This document shows positions 30,295-38,455 of a stretch of DNA of 64,000 bases, in pieces. Under the pieces are notes generated by a model that saw only the letters and a program-made list of their open reading frames with translations, was not told where the DNA came from and searched no databases. Numbering within the stretch: the stretch's first letter is position 1; each line of letters starts with the position of its first letter. Source of the DNA: an uncultured Planctomycetota bacterium (GTDB taxonomy: Bacteria; Planctomycetota; Planctomycetia; Isosphaerales; Isosphaeraceae). The position numbers were made by a program, and so were the translations under genes. Location: positions 4,416,001 through 4,480,000 of the forward strand of contig CAVTTN010000002.1 of the NCBI GenBank assembly GCA_963737655.1. Direction: 5' to 3'.

Positions 30295-31014
30295 TCACCA
30301 TCCTCGATTCCGAATCCGCCGCCCGGGGTGAGCTTTCCGGACCTCGGCATCCGTCGGATCGATTCGTGGAGGTACTCCGCCTCTCGGCGGATCTCGGCCA
30401 ACGGGCGGGAGGACGGCACGCGTCCGAGCTCGCCACGCAATCCCGCAGACGACCAGCGCCAGGACGCAGGCAGCGATCCCCGGTCGGGGCGGGTTGAGGC
30501 CGTCAAAAGCCCGCGATGGGATCAGCGCCTTGCCCGTCCACTCCGGTGATGAGGCCAGGATCTCGAAATCCTTGACCTCGACCTCTCCGGAGGCGTCGAT
30601 GATCTGGACGAGCTTGCCCGAGTGACCGACGGGGCGAATCGCGACGAAGTGGCCACTCGGACCCATTTGAAGATGGACGATCGCCGGTCTGTCGATGGGC
30701 CAGACCCTCTCGTCGAGTCGGACGCCGCGGAGGCAAAGGCCGAGGGAGGACGCAGCCGTGACGATCTCAGAAAGCGAACGGTTGTCTGACGGCTTATCGC
30801 CCATCGCACGAGCCACGGAAGACAGAGGAGCCGGAATCTCCTCCAATTGGCATAAGACGTACAGCGAGGCGACACTACAAGGCGGAGTGTCCGTGTTCGT
30901 AACGACCTCCGCGCTCGATGCCTGCGGCCCTCCACCCAGGAAGCAGAGGACGAGAAGGGAGGGTCGAGAGATCGCCTTCGAGATCCTGCCCAAAGGGCAT
31001 GTGATGGCTGGCAT
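30295..31014 (-). CDS. Stand-alone C39-family cysteine peptidase with N-terminal hydrophobic signal and C-terminal TM
   Basis: PPCSVASLYVL (Cys), SLSEIVTAASSLG, PAIVHL...GHFVAI (His), VQIID (Asp), WTGKAL; TGATG overlap with the upstream gene. Confidence 0.8.
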   Translation of the reverse strand: MPAITCPLGRISKAISRPSLLVLCFLGGGPQASSAEVVTNTDTPPCSVASLYVLCQLEEIPAPLSSVARAMGDKPSDNRSLSEIVTAASSLGLCLRGVRLDERVWPIDRPAIVHLQMGPSGHFVAIRPVGHSGKLVQIIDASGEVEVKDFEILASSPEWTGKALIPSRAFDGLNPPRPGIAACVLALVVCGIAWRARTRAVLPPVGRDPPRGGVPPRIDPTDAEVRKAHPGRRIRNRGW

Positions 31015-32135
31015 CACTCCCTCCACTTTCGGAAACCGGCGACGATGAGGCAGGCCGACCCGATGGTGAGCAAGCCCAGCCGGGCCGCCCCGGCCCAAGT
31101 CCACGATTCGCGCGAAGGGGCCGAGGCTTCGAGCGCCTTCGCCTGGCCATCGGCTTCCGCGATCACGCGGCGGATCCGATCTTCCACGCCTCTTGGGCCG
31201 GATCGTCGAGGCCCCTGGGCCTCGAATCGCTCCTTCGATTTCCGGAGTCCGTCCGAAGCCGGGGTCGCCTCCCAATCCAGCGAGAAGCGGCGGTCCGGGA
31301 GATCCTGATTGACGCGGACGCTCCCGTCCACGACCTCGAACGTCTCCTCGAAGACGGGCGTCTTGAGGAACCTGATCCCCGTGGGCTCAATCGTCAGGAA
31401 AGAGAGCCGCCGGCCGCGAACCGGTAGCCAGAAGACCTTATCACCGACCTCGAATCTCCCCAGACCGATCTCGTCGGCCTGCATCCGAAGGTTGTCGGTA
31501 TCAAAATAGTCGTATCGCAGGGGGTTCGCCCCTCGCTGCATGTCCAACCAAAACTTATGCGTATAAGCATCTTTCTGAAACCCGGGCGGCCGGTACACGA
31601 TTTCGACCTTGAGGCACATCCGCTCCGAGCAGCGTTCCCATCCGGCCACCCGTACGTGATAGAGGCTCGGGTCCTGTCTCAGGAGCAGGAGGAAGTGAGG
31701 GAGCAGGAAGATCCGAAGCGGCGAGCGCTGCTCGTCCAAGGAGCCGATGTACCCAGAGACCGCCTCGCGCCGGGACAACTGGAGCCTGCCGTCGGGCCTG
31801 CGATTCTGCCCCCGGACCGAGCCGTTCAGCAGGCATTTCGTCGCGTGCGTCAGGGGAGCGGTCGGGTTGGAAGGCTGGACGTAGACATCGATGTGGGCGG
31901 CGTCGTCCCGACGATAGGCGAACGCCCCCTGATACGACTCCTCGAAGGGATCATGAGCGCCGGGAGGCACCTTGGTTTTTCGGTAGCGGTGATACATGCT
32001 CCCTTCGTATATGAACTCGACGTCGTCCAGTTCCTGCCACTGGTCCCGGACGAGCACCGCCAGGCGTTCGGGAGTGATGTCCGTCGCATCCAGGGAGCCG
32101 AGGAGGCATGAGACAACTGCCACACCGATTCGCAT
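31014..32135 (-). CDS. Exported LolA-fold-like protein with C-terminal TM anchor
   Basis: Signal-like N-terminus; 'GWE......CLKVE...KFWLDMQRG.NPLRY' resembles LolA-superfamily beta-sheet motifs; ends LGLLTIGSACLIVAGFRKWRE; GGAG RBS. Fold is inferred. Confidence 0.6.
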   Translation of the reverse strand: MRIGVAVVSCLLGSLDATDITPERLAVLVRDQWQELDDVEFIYEGSMYHRYRKTKVPPGAHDPFEESYQGAFAYRRDDAAHIDVYVQPSNPTAPLTHATKCLLNGSVRGQNRRPDGRLQLSRREAVSGYIGSLDEQRSPLRIFLLPHFLLLLRQDPSLYHVRVAGWERCSERMCLKVEIVYRPPGFQKDAYTHKFWLDMQRGANPLRYDYFDTDNLRMQADEIGLGRFEVGDKVFWLPVRGRRLSFLTIEPTGIRFLKTPVFEETFEVVDGSVRVNQDLPDRRFSLDWEATPASDGLRKSKERFEAQGPRRSGPRGVEDRIRRVIAEADGQAKALEASAPSRESWTWAGAARLGLLTIGSACLIVAGFRKWRE

Positions 32136-32231
32136 GGGGATGCTCCTGGGGGTCAGAGGAGTCCGGAAAGAGGAGAGGGGCCGCGTTCGACGCGCTCCCG
32201 GTCTCTCCGAGGACAGGTATCCGCCAGAAGA

Positions 32232-32723
32232 TCAATCGCCTCCGCCGCCGGGGGCGGCCTGATTCCAATATTGCGTGACGTTGTCACAGAACGTATCTCC
32301 CGGGGTATATTGGGCACACTTGGGCTGATTATTGACGATCGTGCAGGCACCGACCGCGTTCTTGCCGCATGGCACCGTCTCGCCGAACTGGATGCCGGGC
32401 GTCGCGACGTTGTCGGGATCGGTGTAGACCTTCATGTCCGTCGGATCGGCGGCGTTGGTGCATGCGATACAGTTCGTGTTGCCCGAATTCTGAACGGTGC
32501 AGCCATAGGTCCCGACGAGCGGAGGCGTCGGGGTGAGGTTTTCGTCGCAGGACGACAGGGAGTTGAGGAATGTGTGCCGGTCGGCGCCCGAGGTGGTGTC
32601 GAGGTCCGCAAGGCTCAGCGAGCCGAGGCGATCGGTCGGCTTGGCGGCGGACATCCACCCTGCCACGGCGAGCGCCGTGAAACCGATGATGGAAAGCCGC
32701 GAGACGGCGGAGTTGCGGGTCAT
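32232..32723 (-). CDS. Secreted Cys-rich precursor with double-glycine-type leader (163 aa, 8 Cys)
   Basis: Hydrophobic residues ~10-27; LSLADLDTTSGA at 36-47; 116-aa Cys/Thr/Asn/Pro-rich remainder; GGAG RBS. Confidence 0.75.
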   Translation of the reverse strand: MTRNSAVSRLSIIGFTALAVAGWMSAAKPTDRLGSLSLADLDTTSGADRHTFLNSLSSCDENLTPTPPLVGTYGCTVQNSGNTNCIACTNAADPTDMKVYTDPDNVATPGIQFGETVPCGKNAVGACTIVNNQPKCAQYTPGDTFCDNVTQYWNQAAPGGGGD

Positions 32724-32848
32724 CGTTGATGCTCCGTGGTTCTGAAGGATAGGGATGCGGAAGGGCCGCGGGAGGACTCAGGCGGATCTTCGATCCCCGT
32801 GTTCGGAGGGGACCACCAATGGCCTCCCGTCCGGGGGATGACGAGGGA

Positions 32849-33865
32849 TCAATCGACGAGTTCCGAGCCATTGCGGCTGCCCAGGCCGCGCCAGACGGGC
32901 TGAGAAATCGATTCCGGGACGAACCGGACCGAGCCGTCCGCCATCAAAACGTTCACGCCGCCGGGGTGCAGGCTCCGGGCCGTGGCCATGCCGAGCGCGG
33001 CATACATCGAAGGGGCGAGGCAATCGGGCACCGAGCCGTTGGGGGCCTGGGCATGGTTGTAGAGGGTCCGCTCGCGGCCCGACCAGAACCAGCCACTCCC
33101 ACCGCCCACGTAGGCCCCGACTCCGGGCCGGGCGAACGCCTGACATCCGTGGACGAGCTGATCCGCCGTGAACAGGGCGGTCCGCCACGGATAGTAGTCC
33201 CGAGCCGGGATCGGGTCGTCATCCCGGCCCGAGCCGCGGAGCCGTTCGCTGAACGCGGCGGTGTGGGAGAACCCGTCGGGGACGGAGGCGGCCAGGACGT
33301 AGGCGGCCTCGGGGAAGAGCCCGTTGCCGCTGTCCGAGAATTCTGCGGAAGTATGGGCGCCGGGGCCGATGCCCACGTTCCCTCGATAATTGTTCCCCGC
33401 CCACCCCGGCAATCCGCCGTCGCTCGGGCAGAGGAAGAGATCGACGACCGTGGCGGCGACCGTCGCGTTGGCGGCGTTCCGCGACTCCTCGGAGGCGCCG
33501 AGGCTCGCGATCCCCAGGGCGTTCGGGGGCAAGGTCCCGATGGCGAAATTCGCGGAATCAAACAGGGTGGTCTGGTCGAGATAGGGCAGGAGCCGGGAAT
33601 GGACGGAATAGAATCCCATGTAACCGACCCGACCGTTGGTCATGTTCGACGGCGGGAACCAATCGTTGTCCCGGATGTATCCGTGGAGCGCCAATCCGAT
33701 CTGCCGGAGATTGTTGCTGCATCGGGCCCGCCTCGCCGCCTCGCGGGCCGCCTGGACGGCCGGCAAGAGCAGCGCGGTCAGGATCGCCGTCAAGCCGAGG
33801 ACGACGAGGGCCTCGATCAGCGTGAAGCCGGCGCGTCGGCTCGCCGGGCCCAAGGAATGGGTCAT
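32849..33865 (-). CDS. DUF1559 prepilin-type N-terminal cleavage/methylation protein
   Basis: [11 protein letters not shown]...[39 protein letters not shown]-terminal [16 protein letters not shown] (H-X9-DG). Confidence 0.93.
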   Translation of the reverse strand: MTHSLGPASRRAGFTLIEALVVLGLTAILTALLLPAVQAAREAARRARCSNNLRQIGLALHGYIRDNDWFPPSNMTNGRVGYMGFYSVHSRLLPYLDQTTLFDSANFAIGTLPPNALGIASLGASEESRNAANATVAATVVDLFLCPSDGGLPGWAGNNYRGNVGIGPGAHTSAEFSDSGNGLFPEAAYVLAASVPDGFSHTAAFSERLRGSGRDDDPIPARDYYPWRTALFTADQLVHGCQAFARPGVGAYVGGGSGWFWSGRERTLYNHAQAPNGSVPDCLAPSMYAALGMATARSLHPGGVNVLMADGSVRFVPESISQPVWRGLGSRNGSELVD

Positions 33866-34922
33866 CGACGGGCCTCCCCGGAGTTGGGGACCTTGAGCAG
33901 GTGGACGACGACTCGGGCCTGCTCCGGGTCGTCGGTCTCGATCACGACATCGCCCGCCTCCGCATCGCGGGGCGGGCCGATGGACAAGCCGATCCGATGG
34001 AGACCCGCGGCCCCGGAGGTGCCTCTCGTGACCTCGACGAATCGAGGGCTCGTGATCCGCACGACGCGGAACGGTATGCCGTCCGACCTCAAGAGGATCG
34101 ACCGCTTGACCTGGTCCCCGGATTCCCCGAAGACGAGGGAGGGAGGGAAGGCCCGGATCTTGGGAAGCACTTCCCAATTCAGAACGTGTCGGTATGGTGC
34201 GTCCGAGGACCAGGTGACCGTGATCTCGCCCGTTCGCTGTCCCGGCATTTCTCCGGGCGGTATCTCCACTTCGATGTCACGGATCGTCTCCACCAACCCC
34301 TCGGGCAGCGAGCGGGATGTTTCGGGCCCGGCGAAACGGGCGGATAGGGGACTCGCGGCGAGGACGGCCCGAGGGCCACTTCGTCCGAGCTGGCCCAGCC
34401 GACGGCTCGTGATCCGGAGCCGCCGTCGGCCACTCCTGTTCACGACGACCACGCTCGACGTCCCCTCGGAATCGATTTCCGACGCCTCGAAATCGGAGAA
34501 GAGATTCGCGCTGAGGGTGTACAGGAAGACCGGACGATCGGCCGAGGCCGTCTCGACCGCGAAGGCGAACCTCCTGGGACCCGTCTGTCGTCCGGCGTTG
34601 AACCGGACTGGCACCCGGATGCTCGCCCCGGCCGGGACGACGTCCGGCAGCGGACCGATCGACGAGCAGCACGGTATCCTGGCAGCCACCTTGGTCAACT
34701 TTAGCGGGGACGACGAAGCGTTTTCCAGCAAGAAATCGTGAGTGATAGTCTGATCATGGCCTAGCACGAGCCCGAAATCAAAATGCTGAATCGAATCCCC
34801 CGCGACCTTCTCGGGGGCCGCCAGCTCGACCCCAGGAGAGACATCGATCCGGTCCGTCGCGGGCCGAGAACAGCCGGCGATCATATATATATATATATGA
34901 TCGAAAAATATTTCCTTTGCAT
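33862..34922 (-). CDS. DUF1573 Ig-like domain lipoprotein, out of frame at an (AT)8 tract in the signal-peptide region
   Basis: FDFGLV...F.LEN....PLKL......PCC...PG; lipobox IAG|C. The ATG at 34922 with GAGGA RBS reads [13 protein letters not shown] as assembled. ATGA overlap with the DUF1559 gene. Confidence 0.75.
34878..34903. repeat. (AT)8 microsatellite inside a perfect 26-bp palindrome CGATC(AT)8GATCG
   Basis: Read directly; AT tract at 34883-34898. Confidence 0.95.
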
Positions 34923-35189
34923 CGGAATCCTCACCATCCGGTTTGCTCCGCGTTGAAGGATAGGTGACTGACTGATTCCTCTTGGGCAACTTAAATGGGG
35001 TGCATTCCGCTTTGCAACAACAAAATCGCAATTTGGGTAAAAAATGAAATGGAAACGGCCATCCATGGCGAGGGGATGCGGCGATCGCGGCGCGATCCTC
35101 CGACCGCCACCCGTTAGGGATCTTCGCGCCGGACGAGTTCCCCTTTACAATACGAGAGGCTCTCTCCGTCCCCTCGGGACCACTCGTCC

Positions 35190-36680
35190 ATGTTTGATGA
35201 TATCCAGAAACGCCTCTCCGGCGCCTTCGGCCGGTTCCGGGCCCGAGGGGTCTTGACCGAGGCGAACATCCAGGACGGCCTGCGAGAGGTCCGCACGGCC
35301 CTTTTGGAAGCGGACGTCCATTACAACGTCGTCCAGGCGTTCATGGCCCGGGTGGGCGAGCAGGCCGTCGGCGCCAACCTGATCAAGAGCGTCCGTCCCG
35401 AGCAGCAGATCGTCAAGATCGTCCACGACGAGCTCGTGGCCCTGATGGGCCCGGCCGACGCCTCGATCCGCATCGAGAAGAACGGCCCGACGGTGCTGAT
35501 GCTCTGCGGCCTCCAGGGTTCCGGCAAGACGACGACCTGCGGCAAGCTCGCGAAGATGCTGAGCGCCCAGGGCCGCAAGCCCCTGCTCGTCGCCGCCGAC
35601 CTCCAGCGCCCCGCCGCCATCGAGCAGTTGAAGGTGATCGGCCAGCAGCTGCAAATCCCCGTCTACAGCGAGGCCACCGCCAACCCGGTGAAGGTCTGCC
35701 AGGATGCCCTGGTCGAGGCCAACCGCCAGGGCCGCGACACGATCATCCTCGACACCGCCGGGCGCCTCCACGTCGACGACGCCCTGATGGCCGAGCTCCA
35801 GCAGATCGAGAAGAAAGTCAAGCCGCATCAGGTGTTCTTCGTCTGCGACGCCCTGACCGGCCAGGACGCCGTGGCCTCCGCCGGGGCGTTCAACAAGGCC
35901 CTCGAGCTCGACGGCGTGATCCTCACGAAGCTCGACGGCGACGCCCGGGGCGGCGCCGCGCTGTCGGTCCGCCAGGTCACCGGCGTCCCGATCAAGTTCG
36001 TGGGCATGGGCGAGAAGCTCGACAAGCTCCAGCCCTTCGACCCCGAGCGCCTGGTCGGCCAGATGCTGGGCATGGGGGACATCGTCGGGCTGGTCGAGGC
36101 CGCGCAATCGGCCGTGGACGAGGAAGAGGCCCTCCGGCAACAGGAGAAGCTCGCCAAGGGCAAGTTCGACCTCAACGACTTCCGCCAGCAGATCATCCAG
36201 ATGAAGAAGATGGGGTCCGTCAAGGACCTCATGAGCAAGATCCCCGGGATGAGCCAGATGACCGGCCAGCTCGACGGCGTGGACGCCGACGGCGAGGTCA
36301 AGCGCATCCAGGGGATCATCGACAGCATGACCCCCGAGGAGAGGAAGAACCCCCACCTGATCAACATCTCCCGACGGCGACGGATCGCCGCCGGGGCGGG
36401 CGTGGACCCGTCGGACATCTCCGGGCTCGTCGATCAGTTCGACGCCATGGCCGCCGTCGTCAAGCAGATGGCCTCGATGTCCATGCTCGACAAGATCCGG
36501 ATGATGACCGGCCTGGGCCGCGCCGGCGCCTTCAACCCCGGCGCCAAGCTCGTGGCCCCCAAGCAGGGCACCGGCAAGAGGCTGAGCCCCAAGGAACGCG
36601 AGAAGCTGAAGAAGCAGAGAGAGAAGGAAGAGCGAAAGAAACGGCGGGAGGAGCGCGGCCAGAGGCCCCCGGGCCCCTGA
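35190..36680 (+). CDS. ffh: Signal recognition particle protein
   Basis: GLQGSGKTT, DTAGR, TKLDGDARGG, SMTPEER...SRRRRIAAGAG. Confidence 0.98.
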   Translation: MFDDIQKRLSGAFGRFRARGVLTEANIQDGLREVRTALLEADVHYNVVQAFMARVGEQAVGANLIKSVRPEQQIVKIVHDELVALMGPADASIRIEKNGPTVLMLCGLQGSGKTTTCGKLAKMLSAQGRKPLLVAADLQRPAAIEQLKVIGQQLQIPVYSEATANPVKVCQDALVEANRQGRDTIILDTAGRLHVDDALMAELQQIEKKVKPHQVFFVCDALTGQDAVASAGAFNKALELDGVILTKLDGDARGGAALSVRQVTGVPIKFVGMGEKLDKLQPFDPERLVGQMLGMGDIVGLVEAAQSAVDEEEALRQQEKLAKGKFDLNDFRQQIIQMKKMGSVKDLMSKIPGMSQMTGQLDGVDADGEVKRIQGIIDSMTPEERKNPHLINISRRRRIAAGAGVDPSDISGLVDQFDAMAAVVKQMASMSMLDKIRMMTGLGRAGAFNPGAKLVAPKQGTGKRLSPKEREKLKKQREKEERKKRREERGQRPPGP

Positions 36681-36743
36681 TCCGGGCCCGCCTCCTCCGC
36701 CGCCTCACTCACCGATGCTTCCGCATCTGAAAGGGGCCCGCCG

Positions 36744-37100
36744 ATGAGCCTCTCGGAAAGGCCCGACGAATCCACCCTCGAGGAATTCCTCCGGCAGGTC
36801 CGGCGGGCGGACCCCGGGCGGCGCGACGACGAGATCGCGAGGGCGTTCCCCGGCCTGGCCTCCCGGCTCCGAAGGATTCGACGGCCCGGCCCGCACAGGG
36901 ACACGGTCGCGATCGAACGCATCGTCGAGGCGATGACCGCCGCCGAGAGGGCCGAACCGCGGGAGATCGGGCCGGAAAGGATCGCCGAAGTCGCCGCGGC
37001 GGCCGGCGTCGGCCGCCCCACGATCGAAGACATCCTCAGCCAGTTCCAAGCCATGAAGGCCATCGTCTCCGCGATGAAGCATCGCCCAAGGAACCCATGA
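36744..37100 (+). CDS. Stand-alone SRP54/Ffh M-domain-like protein (118 aa)
   Basis: Aligns by eye with the C-terminal M-domain of the adjacent Ffh (TLEEFLRQ / DLNDFRQQ; IVEAMTAAERAEP / IIDSMTPEERKNP; LSQFQAM / VDQFDAM). Confidence 0.8.
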   Translation: MSLSERPDESTLEEFLRQVRRADPGRRDDEIARAFPGLASRLRRIRRPGPHRDTVAIERIVEAMTAAERAEPREIGPERIAEVAAAAGVGRPTIEDILSQFQAMKAIVSAMKHRPRNP

Positions 37101-37792
37101 TGAGCACCGCCGCCGATCCGTCCGAGGGGCATAACCCCTACGTCGCCCCCCAGGCCCTCGCCACCGACCCGACCATCCCCGTCGATGACGCCCGGGCCTT
37201 CCGCCTGGCCTGCCTGCCGGCCGAGGGCACCGTCAAGCTCATCGGCCTGTTCTACCTGATCAATATCCTCCTGATCGTGATCCATACGGGCCTGACGCTG
37301 TCCTCCGGCCGGCTGGTCGAGGAGGTCCAGTCCCAGGCCAAGAGCCCGCTGATCACGGCCGACCTGATCCGCGGCTTCATCATCGGCACGGCCGTGGTGG
37401 GGATCATCCTGGACGTCCTGTTCGGCCTGGGGCTGAGGATGCTCTGGAACGTGATCCGCTGGGTGGTGGTCGTCCTGATCGCCCTCCAGTTCCTCGGGGG
37501 GATCTTCAGCCTGCTGACCGTCCCCGCCTCGCTGGGAGTCGGCCGAGGGTTCGGGGACGCGATCGCCGCGTTCCTGCCGTTCGTCTCCGGGACGGTCTAC
37601 CTGGTGTTCGCCGTGTTCCTCGGCGGGTCTTCGGCCTCGCCGGTCTTCACCCGCGAGTACAAGGAGGTCATCGCCGCCTCGCCCGACCTCCACCCCTCGC
37701 TCGGCGGCCGGGACCGCCTGTTCATCGGCCTGTACGCGACGGCCGCCCTGCTGAACCTCGCCAACCTCGCGAGGGTCGCGTTTCTCGGCTAG
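37097..37792 (+). CDS. Polytopic membrane protein with N-terminal NPYxAP motif
   Basis: HNPYVAP followed by about five TM segments; ATGA overlap with the M-domain gene. Confidence 0.75.
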   Translation: MMSTAADPSEGHNPYVAPQALATDPTIPVDDARAFRLACLPAEGTVKLIGLFYLINILLIVIHTGLTLSSGRLVEEVQSQAKSPLITADLIRGFIIGTAVVGIILDVLFGLGLRMLWNVIRWVVVVLIALQFLGGIFSLLTVPASLGVGRGFGDAIAAFLPFVSGTVYLVFAVFLGGSSASPVFTREYKEVIAASPDLHPSLGGRDRLFIGLYATAALLNLANLARVAFLG

Positions 37793-38047
37793 AGTCTCGA
37801 CGCGGGAGGCCCCTCGGGGTAAGATATCCGGCTCGCGACGGCCGACCCGGCCCTCCGGGCCCGTCGTCGCGCGATCGCGTCCGTCGAGAATCAGGGTGAT
37901 CCCGAAGGAAAGGCCCGGCCGATCAGGCGGGGCGGCCTTCGGGGCGGGGCCGCCGCAGGCTCGGGACCGGCCCCGTCTGGATCGCGAAAGGCACCCGCCG
38001 ACTCGCCATGCGTCCGAGCCGCGCCTTCTCGTTCCCAGGAGCCTTTC

Positions 38048-38407
38048 GTGGTCCGCATCCGCATGAAATCGATGGGCCGTCGCCATCGGCCGTTCTTCCG
38101 CATCTGCGCCATGGACACCCGGACCCCCCGGGACGGCCGAGCCATCGAGGAACTCGGGCACTACGACCCGATGGTCCGCAACACCGAGGCCCGGACGGTC
38201 CTGAACGTCGATCGCATCCGCTACTGGCTCTCCGTCGGCGCCCAGCCCAGCGACAAGGTCGCGGCGATCCTCAAGAGGCTCGGCGTGAACAAGCCCGCCC
38301 CCGGCGAGCCCTGGGCCCTGCCCAAGGCCGAGACCCCCGCCGCCCCGACCCCGGCCCCCGCCGCCTCGACCCCGGCCCCGGCCCCGTCGGCGCCGGCCCC
38401 GAAGTAA
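38048..38407 (+). CDS. rpsP: 30S ribosomal protein S16
   Basis: VRIRMKSMGRRHRPFFRI...RDGRAIEELGHYDP...WLSVGAQPSDKV. Confidence 0.96.
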   Translation: MVRIRMKSMGRRHRPFFRICAMDTRTPRDGRAIEELGHYDPMVRNTEARTVLNVDRIRYWLSVGAQPSDKVAAILKRLGVNKPAPGEPWALPKAETPAAPTPAPAASTPAPAPSAPAPK

Positions 38408-38455
38408 GTTCGGCCCCGCAACGCCAGAGGCGACGGCCTCGGGACGGTCCCGCCC

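Noticed and set aside
32232..32723. Classical lanthipeptide, sactipeptide or other enzymatically modified RiPP
   Set aside because: No LanM/LanB/LanC, radical SAM, YcaO or ABC exporter in the locus; an even Cys count plus an export signal fits disulfides better.
34923..35031. Upstream TTG start (MRFCCCK...) for the DUF1573 ORF
   Set aside because: No RBS, no signal-peptide character and AT-rich promoter-like sequence; the ATG at 34922 with GAGGA explains the lipobox better. Not formally excluded.
30205..35110. att-like direct repeats or an integrase bounding the C39 operon (GATCCTCC near both ends)
   Set aside because: An 8-bp match is expected by chance; no integrase, transposase or tRNA seen.
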